32,000 nt of DNA from contig NC_008818.1 in the NCBI RefSeq assembly GCF_000015145.1, forward strand, positions 1-32,000, written 5' to 3'. This document shows positions 7,282 to 15,825 of the stretch, piece by piece. The notes under the pieces were generated by a model. The model did not search any database. It worked only from the letters and a program-made list of their open reading frames with translations, and was not told the origin of the DNA. A program made the position numbers and the translations under genes. Source of the DNA: Hyperthermus butylicus DSM 5456 (GTDB lineage Archaea > Thermoproteota > Thermoprotei_A > Sulfolobales > Pyrodictiaceae). How positions within the stretch are numbered: position 1 is the first letter of the stretch; each line of letters begins with the position of its first letter.

Positions 7282-7875
7282 TTGCGTAGCGGTGTGAGGC
7301 TATACGCTGTATACCTTAGACAAGACAACCCGAAGTACAATACGGTTGCAAAGCTGGTACGGCATGGCGTTGTCTCGGAGGTGCGTGCGCCGCCCAGAGG
7401 TGTTGTTGTGCTTGACCCCTTCTCTCCAACACCAATATCGGTATCGGATAGAGGGCTGATCGAGAAGAGCGGGCTTTGCGTGATAGATGGCTCGTGGCGC
7501 CGCGTCAGCAGCTATCTCCGGAGGCTACGCCGCGTTGTTGGTAGAAGGCTTCCCCTGCTCCTAGCAGCTAATCCAGTAAACTATGGTAGGCCCTTCCTCC
7601 TCAGTAGTGCTGAGGCGCTCGCAGCAGCACTATATATCGCAGGATTTAGAAGCATAGCTGAGCAGCTACTATCATTCTTCAAATGGGGCCCAGAATTCCT
7701 AAGGCTTAACAAACAGTTGCTCGAGAGATATGAAGGCAAGACATCCACGGAGATAGTTGGTGAGGAGTGCCGCCTCATAAGCAGTATGACGGGCTTAGAG
7801 ATTGGAGACTGTGATGCTGCTAGACTTGTTGAGATCTATGGCAGAATAGTTGAGGACTACATAGGGGAGAGGTAG
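7282..7875 (+). CDS. tsr3: 16S rRNA aminocarboxypropyltransferase Tsr3
   Basis: Tsr3/DUF367 hallmarks are present: LDP..., VIDGSW, LLAANPVNYGRPFLLSSAEALAAALYI.GF and F.WGPEFL.LN. Confidence 0.8.
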   Translation: MRSGVRLYAVYLRQDNPKYNTVAKLVRHGVVSEVRAPPRGVVVLDPFSPTPISVSDRGLIEKSGLCVIDGSWRRVSSYLRRLRRVVGRRLPLLLAANPVNYGRPFLLSSAEALAAALYIAGFRSIAEQLLSFFKWGPEFLRLNKQLLERYEGKTSTEIVGEECRLISSMTGLEIGDCDAARLVEIYGRIVEDYIGER

Positions 7876-7896
7876 GGATAGTACAGGATAATTGGT

Positions 7897-7984
7897 TGGT
7901 GCGGGGGGTGGGATTTGAACCCACGCAGGCCTACGCCAGCGGGTCCTCAGCCCGCCCCCTTTGACCTGGCTCGGGCACCCCCGC
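7897..7984 (-). tRNA. tRNA-Leu (anticodon GAG), long variable arm, CCA encoded
   Basis: The reverse complement reads GCGGGGGTGCCCGAGCCAGGTCAAAGGGGGCGGGCTGAGGACCCGCTGGCGTAGGCCTGCGTGGGTTCAAATCCCACCCCCCGCACCA. This is an 88-nt class II tRNA with anticodon loop CTGAGGA. Confidence 0.95.
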
Positions 7985-8056
7985 AGCCGCTGCCGGGGGC
8001 TGGATTGCCGTCCATTATTTTGGTGGCAGACTGGTCTGGGGCTTAAAACTATTGCT

Positions 8057-8437
8057 CTATGGTGTTGGTGGTGGTGTGTGTTTGTGTGCTAGCAGTTCCG
8101 CTATGGTGTCTGATATTCGTTCCAGTAGTCTCCTTGTACGTGGTGTTGGAGGTAGGTTGTGGAGTAGTTTCTCGAGGCTCAGCCATATACTCTCGGCTAT
8201 CGTTTCTAGGAGCCTGGTTCTTGTTTCCTCGTCTATGTTGAGTAGGAGCCTGCACAGAGTCTCAGAGCTTGGTGCAAGGGTTCCATGTACGTACCGTGAT
8301 ACTGCTGCGGAAGAGACGCCCATGAGTTCTGCAACGTCTTTTGCAGCATAGCCTGATTCTATGGTTTCGGCTACGAGTCGCTGTCTTGCCGTAGGTGGTA
8401 GGAGTTGTAGGAAGCTGCAGAGCTCTGTGTGGTTCAT
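8057..8437 (-). CDS. Small HTH transcriptional regulator (archaeal COG2522-like)
   Basis: The helix-turn-helix segment is GYAAKDVAELMGVSSAAVSRYVHG. The C-terminus is helical with a Pro/Thr-rich tail. Confidence 0.55.
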   Translation of the reverse strand: MNHTELCSFLQLLPPTARQRLVAETIESGYAAKDVAELMGVSSAAVSRYVHGTLAPSSETLCRLLLNIDEETRTRLLETIAESIWLSLEKLLHNLPPTPRTRRLLERISDTIAELLAHKHTPPPTP

Positions 8438-8452
8438 GGCTATCCGTCTAGG

Positions 8453-9226
8453 CTATGTGAGGCCTAGGTGTTCAAGTATCTTGTGATAGTTTTGGATAGT
8501 GGGGTTCAGCTTGTATTGTTTCAACAAGCTTCTTAACACTTTATCTCTGGGCTCGACTATAATGATGCTCCTTATCCACTGGATCCTCATGAGGCCTCCG
8601 ATGAGCTGTGTTAGGTTCTGGGGGTTCTCGTGTAGTGTTGCTGACTCGAAGTCTATTATGTAGGGCTCACATGTGTTATGCTCGACTAGGACCTGCTCTC
8701 CAGGTCTTGCTAGCTCATTATGCCTTATTCCAAGCCTGTCCAGGGTAAATGTTTTCCAGAGCAGCCTCTTCAGCGCTAGTCTTCCACAAGTCTTGTTGTC
8801 TGGCTTGTAGTCTCCTAGCGTGTTGCCTCTAACAAGCTCCATGAGTATGATCGTTCTTGAGGCAGCGTACAGCCGTGGTGATACTCCTGCCCAGCCCGTA
8901 ACGGCTAGGATTGCGGCCTCCCAGAGTAGGCTTCTCCTCCTACTCTTAGGGTGTAGTATTTTCGCTGCAGCAACGCCTGCTGCTGTAGCTGCTGCTGCTA
9001 CGACTGCGCTCCATCCCCTGCCCAGCAGCTTGAGCTTGCCCAGTATAGTGTTGCCGAGGGGTATGATTCCTCTGATTCCTAGGGAGTTAGCGTCGTGTAT
9101 GAGCCTATGGCACTCTGGTGACTCCATGCTCACGCTATAGTAGCTACAGATTATTTCTATGGCTTTTGCGAGTGGTATAGCCTCCTCATCCAGGCTGGCT
9201 TCTTCACGGCTAAGCTGGCTAGGCAT
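8453..9226 (-). CDS. Bud32/RIO-fold protein-kinase-like protein with atypical catalytic motifs
   Basis: It has a Gly-loop-like LLGRGWSAVV, a VAIK-like AAKIL, a catalytic-loop-like HNELARPGEQVLV (Glu where Asp is expected) and a DFG-like IIDFESA. The 5' 70 nt overlap the end of cca, so Met34 (9127) is an alternative start. Confidence 0.45.
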   Translation of the reverse strand: MPSQLSREEASLDEEAIPLAKAIEIICSYYSVSMESPECHRLIHDANSLGIRGIIPLGNTILGKLKLLGRGWSAVVAAAATAAGVAAAKILHPKSRRRSLLWEAAILAVTGWAGVSPRLYAASRTIILMELVRGNTLGDYKPDNKTCGRLALKRLLWKTFTLDRLGIRHNELARPGEQVLVEHNTCEPYIIDFESATLHENPQNLTQLIGGLMRIQWIRSIIIVEPRDKVLRSLLKQYKLNPTIQNYHKILEHLGLT

Positions 9227-10629
9227 TCCAGCTCACACTCCTCAATCCTCCTCTCCAGGAGGCCCTGAAGTAGCGGGTGGACCTCCACCTTGTACCCACT
9301 AGCGCTGCCGGGGAGCCATTCCCATGCCCGGTCGCGTAGGAGGTGTATAGCGTCCTGGTACCTCCTAGCCCTAATCACTACCAGCCGGCCCTCCTCGTCA
9401 ATCCAGGGCCCATAGGCGTTTGGATCGGTGGCGTACTTCTCGAGGAAGCGTAGCGCGTGCCCACTCCAGGCCGGTGGGCCCCGGTGCAGTGTGTATGGCG
9501 GGGTTACCCTCTCTTCCAACTCGATACAGGCTAGTATTCTCCCTTCTGTGCATGCTGTAACCCTGTAGTCTATTACGTGGAAGCCCCATCTCTCTAGCAG
9601 GTTTACTGCTAGCCTTAGGGCTCGCTTGCCAACCCCCCATAGTGTGTCGGGGGGCACTCTCTGCGGTGGCTCTAGGAGTAGTAGCACCATGTTTGACACA
9701 CGCTCACCACTACTTGCTACTGCTTGTTGGGGCGTCGTAGGGGGGGTTCTGGCTACGTGGAAGAACTCCATGCGGGGTTCCCTGAGGTACATTTTTGCTG
9801 CGAGAACAAGCTCTGCAAGTGATCGTGTCGAGACTGCTGCTGCCGCATTCCTCGATGGGTCTACGGGATCAACAACTATCATGGGTTTATCGCCAAACTT
9901 TTCCAGGAGCTCCTTACGGCTATAGCCGGCCCCATTCACGTCAACTATCACTGGTGGTTTCCACTTGGCAGCCTCAGCTATAACATTACGAAAGCAGCCA
10001 TAGGCTGCGATTAGTAGTTCTGCTAGGTAGCCGGAAAATCCCTCCACAGCTATTTCAGCACCATAAACACCTATTCCCTTAAGGAAGCTCTTGAGAAGCC
10101 TAACCTCGTCACGCTGATGGGGCTCTAGCCTTCCAAGTATATACCTTGTGTGAAGGGGGGTCCTGTCAACAGCAGTAACAACCTCTCCAGGCTTCTCCAC
10201 GCGACAAGCTGGCACCACCTCAACCCAGTAGCTGTGAACTAGTACTCTTGCGTATGGATGCTGGGCATACCTGCGTTCAGTGCGCAAGCCGAGCTTGGCC
10301 AGTTTCTCCTCAATCTGGTCTATCAGCCCGGCGTGTATCAGGTCTAGGCACTTGCTTCTCGGGAGGAGTATGAAGAGGTCTATGTCTAGCTCGCCGCTAA
10401 GCCAGGTATCCTTTGCATAGCTTCCCTCGACACGTACCTCATAGTCCTTGACTCCAAGTTCTTTCAGTACAGCGTCGAGAAGCCTGGTGGCCTCCTCTAC
10501 AGCTTTACGCGCCTTTTCGCGCTCACCCGTGGTGGGTGCAACCATAGCTAGTACTTGTTTCTCGACCTTGGTATGGGGGCAGCCGCTGCTGCCGGCGATG
10601 CCGGTCTTCATGGCTCCACCAGTACGCAT
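9157..10629 (-). CDS. cca: CCA-adding enzyme (archaeal class I tRNA nucleotidyltransferase)
   Basis: The polymerase-beta-type head motif GSYAKDTWLSGELDIDLFILLP is followed by the archaeal CCA neck, body and tail regions. Length is about 480 aa. The exact start is uncertain (10629 or 10611). Confidence 0.9.
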   Translation of the reverse strand: MRTGGAMKTGIAGSSGCPHTKVEKQVLAMVAPTTGEREKARKAVEEATRLLDAVLKELGVKDYEVRVEGSYAKDTWLSGELDIDLFILLPRSKCLDLIHAGLIDQIEEKLAKLGLRTERRYAQHPYARVLVHSYWVEVVPACRVEKPGEVVTAVDRTPLHTRYILGRLEPHQRDEVRLLKSFLKGIGVYGAEIAVEGFSGYLAELLIAAYGCFRNVIAEAAKWKPPVIVDVNGAGYSRKELLEKFGDKPMIVVDPVDPSRNAAAAVSTRSLAELVLAAKMYLREPRMEFFHVARTPPTTPQQAVASSGERVSNMVLLLLEPPQRVPPDTLWGVGKRALRLAVNLLERWGFHVIDYRVTACTEGRILACIELEERVTPPYTLHRGPPAWSGHALRFLEKYATDPNAYGPWIDEEGRLVVIRARRYQDAIHLLRDRAWEWLPGSASGYKVEVHPLLQGLLERRIEECELECLASLAVKKPAWMRRLYHSQKP

Positions 10630-10778
10630 ATAGTATGGTGGCGTGGTAGGTCTTAAAGAGGAGCGATGAAGAGGGCTGGTATTGCTGACCAGCCATAAGC
10701 TGTGTGATGAGGGACACCAGCACGGAGCATCAACATACTCTGGTGCTACAAGCTATATAGCCTTGTAGCACATGCCTT

Positions 10779-11540
10779 GTGTGGAATATGTTCGGGGTGA
10801 CTGCAGTGGACTGGTTCATGGAGCGAGCTAAGAGCGTGTACGCACAGCTACTGGCCAAGGCCGAATCCATAGAGGATGAGAACCTCCGAAAAATAACACT
10901 TGAACTGCTCAAAAACCCTGTAATTACTTTTGTAAAGGTTGAGCCTAAGATAACCTTCTTTGAGAGCCCAGCAGCCCCGAGGAAGCACCACGCGTACCCT
11001 GGGGGCCTCCTAGACCATACTCTCGGCGTTACGCTGATAGCTGAGAAGCTCGTCGATGTCTATGGCAGCGTCTATGGCGCCTCTATAGATCGTGACGTTG
11101 TTATAGCAGCAGCGCTGCTCCATGACCTATTTAAGTATTACCAGTATGAGCTTGACCCCCTAACCGGCGGCTACCGGCCGCGGAGCGACTGGTACCTAGG
11201 CCACGACTTTGCAATGGTTGCCGAACTCTCCACCCGCGGTGCTCCTGACAAGCTGATAAGGGCGATAGCTGAGGCGCATGGGACGGTACCGTTTAGCATG
11301 CTTGAGTCGCAAATTGTACATAGGGCTGATAGCACTGATTCTGAGATGATATCCCAAATACAAGATATTATATGGAGGGTATGTCTCGACATAGAGCTCG
11401 AGAAGCCAGATGCAAAGGCGGTAAAGGTGTTCAACGAGGCGCTGAGGAGACGTTCAATATTCGATTATGCAAAGATATACTATACTGGGGGCCGCGACGC
11501 GTTAAGGGAGTATATTAAGAAGACGCTCGGCTTAGACTAA
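10779..11540 (+). CDS. HD-domain metal-dependent phosphohydrolase
   Basis: HH.YPGGLLDHTL is followed by AALLHDLFK (the HD dyad) and later by AEAHG. The substrate cannot be inferred. Confidence 0.7.
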   Translation: MWNMFGVTAVDWFMERAKSVYAQLLAKAESIEDENLRKITLELLKNPVITFVKVEPKITFFESPAAPRKHHAYPGGLLDHTLGVTLIAEKLVDVYGSVYGASIDRDVVIAAALLHDLFKYYQYELDPLTGGYRPRSDWYLGHDFAMVAELSTRGAPDKLIRAIAEAHGTVPFSMLESQIVHRADSTDSEMISQIQDIIWRVCLDIELEKPDAKAVKVFNEALRRRSIFDYAKIYYTGGRDALREYIKKTLGLD

Positions 11541-11924
11541 CAATATACTGGGGCTGTGTGGAGGCCGACATAGGCCTACGCCGCTGTGGCGGATGAGGAG
11601 GGGTCGATTGGCCGAAGCCCACAACGTTCTTTGCCGATGAAGAACCGTCGGACGTAGATGAGCAAGGCGATGAAATATCCCCTGGCTCCTCTGAGGCCTC
11701 CTTAACAATTGCGGGAAGAGGCTCAGTAGGGTCCGGCATCGTCACCGATCAGCTGACCGGACAACAGTCTTCACAGCCATTACTACCTATGGAGGGCTCG
11801 GTTTGAGAGCTCCAGCTCACCCCAGCCGGTTGGGTCGCACGGTTTGCTACTCCTCACAGCCCGTGTAGACAATGCTGGTTGAGTCCTCGCCCCCTCTTAA
11901 GCCTGAGAGGACTCGCCTAGGGGG

Positions 11925-12986
11925 CTAGGTCTTCTGCACTAGTGTACGGAGGATTTCTGCTAGCCTAGAGGGCATCCTGGCTATTAGCCCTAGCAGCTTG
12001 ATTGTTGAGACATTGCCTATTCCTATGAGTGGTAGTAGGTCGGTTGGTATACTTCTTAGTAGCTTTGCTCTTGTTTCGGGCCTTGCTGTCTTTATTTTCT
12101 CGAGAAGTTTGCGTTGTACGCCTATCCAGTGGACTATTCTGCTCAGTGTTTTGCCTGGGTCCTCGCCGCTAGCTATGTATCTTGTCAGGGCATATGCGGA
12201 TGCTATTGAGGGCCTTATACCCTCGCCGGTAAGCGGGTATACAAAGCCTGCAGCCTCACCTATCACCGGTATATCCCTTATGAGGAGGCTTGGATTTGCT
12301 CCTCCAATGTTTATAGCTGCGCCGCGTATTGGTGTCATCTCGACTGGGCCTTTCACTCTCTTCCTTATGAACTCTATAAGCTTCTGGCGAAACTCTCTTG
12401 GCTCGCCATAGCCGCCCACGCCAATGTCTACGGTATAGCGAGAGCGTGGGAAGACCCAGTAGTAGCCTACGAGGCTGCTGTCAAACCACAGCTCCATAAT
12501 AGTAGTGTCGTGTGGCTCGCTAGTCCTGACTATTGCCTGGACAGCATATATTTGATCCCTAATGCCGCGGTGTGGAGTCACCGAGCCCGTAGCTACAACG
12601 ATTTCCTTTGCTTCTTCGAGCTGCTTGACAGGCCTAAGCTCAGGTGTAAGCTCCACAATCCTCCGCTCGAAAGGTATGCCTTCGAGCAAGTGTTTGAGGA
12701 ATGCAGGCTTGTCTATAATGTAGCCCTGGAGTTTGCCGTACTTCTCATGGGCTAGTTCGCCGTCGACATAGACTCTAAAGCCGCGTATCTCAGTTAGGAT
12801 AGCATCAACCGGTATGTCAATGTAGTCCTCTACTTGCAGCGGGACAGCCCATCCGCACGGCTTAAATCCAGGGTATGGGGCTATGTCATATACCTTGACC
12901 CTAAACCCCTTATCGGTTAGGAAACGTGCTAGCGCTGCGCCAGCCGGGCCGGCCCCTATGATTACGTAATCATACCTAATAGTCAT
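11925..12986 (-). CDS. Geranylgeranyl reductase family flavoprotein (probable digeranylgeranylglycerophospholipid reductase)
   Basis: The N-terminal FAD Rossmann motif is YDYVIIGAGPAGAALA. The PCG.. and GEAAGFV.P.TGEGI motifs are typical of archaeal GGR. The ATG overlaps the stop of the upstream prenyl synthase (ATGA). Confidence 0.8.
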   Translation of the reverse strand: MTIRYDYVIIGAGPAGAALARFLTDKGFRVKVYDIAPYPGFKPCGWAVPLQVEDYIDIPVDAILTEIRGFRVYVDGELAHEKYGKLQGYIIDKPAFLKHLLEGIPFERRIVELTPELRPVKQLEEAKEIVVATGSVTPHRGIRDQIYAVQAIVRTSEPHDTTIMELWFDSSLVGYYWVFPRSRYTVDIGVGGYGEPREFRQKLIEFIRKRVKGPVEMTPIRGAAINIGGANPSLLIRDIPVIGEAAGFVYPLTGEGIRPSIASAYALTRYIASGEDPGKTLSRIVHWIGVQRKLLEKIKTARPETRAKLLRSIPTDLLPLIGIGNVSTIKLLGLIARMPSRLAEILRTLVQKT

Positions 12987-13921
12987 ACCCGGTTATCCCC
13001 TCGGGGTACATGACGTGGAGGGTTAAACCGGGTTACCCGGGACGTATAGGCTTTGACGCGCTCAATGTCTGGACCAAGCATTGCGCTGACAATAAACTCT
13101 GGTAGTATAGGAAGATAGGAGTCGGGTGTAGCGGCTAGCTTTTCTGCTAGCTTTTCAGCTTCTGTGAGCAGGTTTGCTATGAATTTGTAAGCTTTCTCTA
13201 TCCCTTCACTGCCTAGCCACTTTCTAAACATTCTCGCCGAGGGGAAACTGATGGTACCTGTCCTGCTGTCTACAATGTCGTCTGCAACCTGGTACATTAA
13301 GCCGAGGTACTCACCGTAGAGTCCGGCCTCGCCGTAAAGGTCTTCGCGGCCTGCAACAATGGCGCCAAGCTCGCCAGCTAAGCGGAAGAGGGATGCTGTC
13401 TTCAGCTTAACAGTTTCAAGATAGTATTCTGGGGGAAGACTATCAGGATCCGTAAACGCATCGAGAACTTCGCCGCGAGAGATGTTGAGAGTGGCGGTTA
13501 TTGTGCGGCTTGTAGCTCTAAACCCGTACCTTTCCTCGACTATCTTATGAGCAAATGTTACAAGAAGATAGACAGTCATAACCGTCTTCTTAACACCATA
13601 CTCGACCCAAGCAGCTTTCTGGCCCCTCCGCTCCACATCCTCGTCTATTATGTCGTCAAGTGCAAGGCTTGAGGCGTGTATAAGCTCTACAGCTACAGCA
13701 GCATCGAGCGCATCTTCTATGCGGCCTCCAAGGCTTCTAGCTATTTCGAGGACTAGAAAGCCTCTAAATCGCTTTCCACCTCTCGCGATATACTCTGCAA
13801 CCCTTACAGCATGCGCTTCTGGAAGCCGAGCTATCCACTGCTTGATAGCATCATCTACTAGTGACCGGAGCTTCTTCCAGTGCTCAACCAGGCCTCCATA
13901 GCTGGTGCCTATTTGCTGCAT
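12983..13921 (-). CDS. trans-Polyprenyl diphosphate synthase (GGPP synthase family, product length uncertain)
   Basis: The first Asp-rich motif is LALDDIIDEDVERRG and the second is MYQVADDIVD, in an all-helical fold. It forms an operon with the reductase downstream. Confidence 0.85.
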   Translation of the reverse strand: MQQIGTSYGGLVEHWKKLRSLVDDAIKQWIARLPEAHAVRVAEYIARGGKRFRGFLVLEIARSLGGRIEDALDAAVAVELIHASSLALDDIIDEDVERRGQKAAWVEYGVKKTVMTVYLLVTFAHKIVEERYGFRATSRTITATLNISRGEVLDAFTDPDSLPPEYYLETVKLKTASLFRLAGELGAIVAGREDLYGEAGLYGEYLGLMYQVADDIVDSRTGTISFPSARMFRKWLGSEGIEKAYKFIANLLTEAEKLAEKLAATPDSYLPILPEFIVSAMLGPDIERVKAYTSRVTRFNPPRHVPRGDNRV

Positions 13922-14097
13922 AGGCTATCAACCCAAAGTTGTGCCGTTATAGCCTAGGTTGCACCCTGGCAGTATGCTTGCAGGCACCAGTTTCTGGGCG
14001 TTTTGCCGTGGTGGATTATTATCTCGTTATGCAAGTGAGAGAAACCCTCACTCTTATACCCTCACAGAAACCCATATCCTGGGTTAGGGTGCAGGGG

Positions 14098-14844
14098 ATG
14101 GCTAAGGCAAGACTGTCATACCCTGACGCAAAATCGTTTTACAACATGCTTGATGCGATATCGAAAATTGTTGATGAGCTTGCAATGACTATAACGCCTA
14201 ATGGCGTAAAAGCGATAGCCCTTGACCCAGCCCATGTAGCGCTAATGGTCATGGAGCTGCCGCCAGAAAGCTTCATAGAGTACGAGGTTGAGGATGAAGT
14301 GAAGCTTGGTTTTAATGTTGCTAACATAGCGAAGATAATTAAGAGGGGTAAGAAGGGCGATAAGCTAGACATAGAAGTCGACGAGGATAGGGTTACATGG
14401 TCTATTGTTGGAGCTACGATCAAAAGGTATAGACTGCTAAATCTTGACGTGCCGGTGCCAGAGCTACCAGAGGCAGAGCTTGAGTTTAAGGTACACGTTT
14501 CACTGATAGTGGATCCGTTCAAGAACGCACTAAAAGATGCTGAAGCCGTCGGGGATACTGTTGAGCTAGAGGCACCAGACGACACGACACTAATCATACG
14601 TGGTGTCGGAGCTGCAGTAGCGGAGACAAAGATTAGGAGTGATACGCCTGCCGTAGTGGAGTTTAATGTTGAGGAGCCCTCCAAGTCAGCCTATAGTATA
14701 GAGTACTTGAAGCATATGCTTTCGCTGACAAAGGTTGCAGACACGATAACCATAGAATTTGCGCAGGACATGCCGCTAAGGCTACAGTTCAGGTTACCTG
14801 CTGGCGGCAACGTGACATATCTCCTAGCGCCGAAAGCGGCATAG
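14098..14844 (+). CDS. pcn: DNA polymerase sliding clamp PCNA
   Basis: From MAKARLSYPDAKSFYNMLDAISKIVDE... the ORF shows the PCNA two-domain repeat, 248 aa in total. The upstream 53 codons of the listed ORF look non-coding (Cys- and Leu-rich, no homology pattern). Confidence 0.9.
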   Translation: MAKARLSYPDAKSFYNMLDAISKIVDELAMTITPNGVKAIALDPAHVALMVMELPPESFIEYEVEDEVKLGFNVANIAKIIKRGKKGDKLDIEVDEDRVTWSIVGATIKRYRLLNLDVPVPELPEAELEFKVHVSLIVDPFKNALKDAEAVGDTVELEAPDDTTLIIRGVGAAVAETKIRSDTPAVVEFNVEEPSKSAYSIEYLKHMLSLTKVADTITIEFAQDMPLRLQFRLPAGGNVTYLLAPKAA

Positions 14845-14922
14845 CGCACCGGGCAGTGATGAGTTTCACCGGCTCATCCGACGCTCTCTAGGCCGTGAGG
14901 ATGGCCAGGACAGCTGAGCCAC

Positions 14923-15825
14923 CTACTTCTTCACAAGTTCGAGTACTTTTTCAACAATGTATCTTGCAGGGTTTACCCCAGTTGCTGATTGTAGTCCGCG
15001 CCAGAGTGGTGAGGCATTAACCTCTATGACTGCATACCGATTCTCATCATACTCTATCACGTCTACACCGGCGTAGACTAGGCCTAGTACCTTTACAGCG
15101 CGGATAACAGCCTTTGCTACTTCATCACGGACTGTTGCTGGTACAGGTTTTGCTCCTTGAGCTATATTTGTTTTCCAACTATTTCGTGGTGCAATGCGGT
15201 ACATTGCAGCTACCACGTGGTCGCCGACAACGAATACGCGAAGATCCCTATTGCCCGGCTTTTCCAGGTATTTTTGTATGTAGAGGGGCTGGTTGAGGGT
15301 TAGCAGAAGGTTTATGATATGGTAGGCCGTATCGGTATCCTTTACGCGGAATGAGCCAAGGCCTAGACTACCTATTATAGGTTTAAACACTACGTCACCG
15401 AGCTGTTCTACAGCATGTAGTGCAGTGGTAGGATCCTCTGTAACCAGTGTCCGGGGGACGGGTATCCCCGCCTCCTGTAGTATTCGTAGACTCGTAAACT
15501 TGTCCCTGGCACGGAAGAGTCCCTCTGGCGGGTTTACAACTACGTAGCCCCACGATTCCGCTGCCTCTAGAATAGCTCTCCTCACCGCATACCTCTCTAT
15601 GCTGAGCCCCCTGCCGAGGCCCCGCACTATGATAGCGTCCACGTTGAGGCATCTGCCTCTATATTTTAACGGGCATGATGGAGTTCCAAGTTCTGCAGAT
15701 ATGTAGTTCCAGAGAATGTAGAGTGGTGTCGAGCCCGTATCGGCTATGGCCTTTAGTAACTGTCGGCTACTCCACGTGGGCCTAGGGGTGTGGTGCAGTA
15801 CTGCTATTTTAGCCACGGCGTTCAC
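14923..15825 (-). CDS. RimK/LysX-family ATP-grasp ligase
   Basis: ATP-grasp motifs are present: RDKF.....L.EAGIPVPRT, VVFKPIIGS.G.G, IQKY..., RDLRVFVVGD and GVDVIE....Y.VIEVNASP. No LysW-like carrier gene is visible nearby, so the substrate is unassigned. Confidence 0.8.
   Translation of the reverse strand: MNAVAKIAVLHHTPRPTWSSRQLLKAIADTGSTPLYILWNYISAELGTPSCPLKYRGRCLNVDAIIVRGLGRGLSIERYAVRRAILEAAESWGYVVVNPPEGLFRARDKFTSLRILQEAGIPVPRTLVTEDPTTALHAVEQLGDVVFKPIIGSLGLGSFRVKDTDTAYHIINLLLTLNQPLYIQKYLEKPGNRDLRVFVVGDHVVAAMYRIAPRNSWKTNIAQGAKPVPATVRDEVAKAVIRAVKVLGLVYAGVDVIEYDENRYAVIEVNASPLWRGLQSATGVNPARYIVEKVLELVKK

Noticed and set aside
8049-8351. A GT-rich low-complexity stretch (GGTGTTGGTGGTGGTGTGTGTTTGTGTG) and the overlapping ORFs at 8049..8255, 8052..8351 and 8059..8241
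   Set aside because: The stretch is the antisense of the Pro/Thr-rich C-terminal tail codons of the HTH protein gene (8057..8437). It is not an independent repeat element or gene.
11630-11700. Possible C/D box sRNA (several GATGA strings followed by CTGA)
   Set aside because: I could not place C, D', C' and D boxes at the spacing of about 12 nt required for archaeal C/D guides. There is no terminal stem and no U before the GAUGA cores.
13939-14097. An N-terminal 53-codon extension of the PCNA ORF, and similarly codons 1-47 of the nop5 ORF at 22324..22464
   Set aside because: The extensions are Cys/Leu-rich with no homology pattern, and they cover the divergent promoter spacers. Canonical N-termini begin at the internal ATGs (14098 and 22465), and the nop5 ATG is preceded by a Shine-Dalgarno-like GGAGGT.
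14139-14684. A 181-aa Ser/Thr-rich minus-strand ORF
   Set aside because: It lies entirely antisense to the well-supported PCNA gene. Its low-complexity SS/TS composition is the mirror of PCNA's codon usage.
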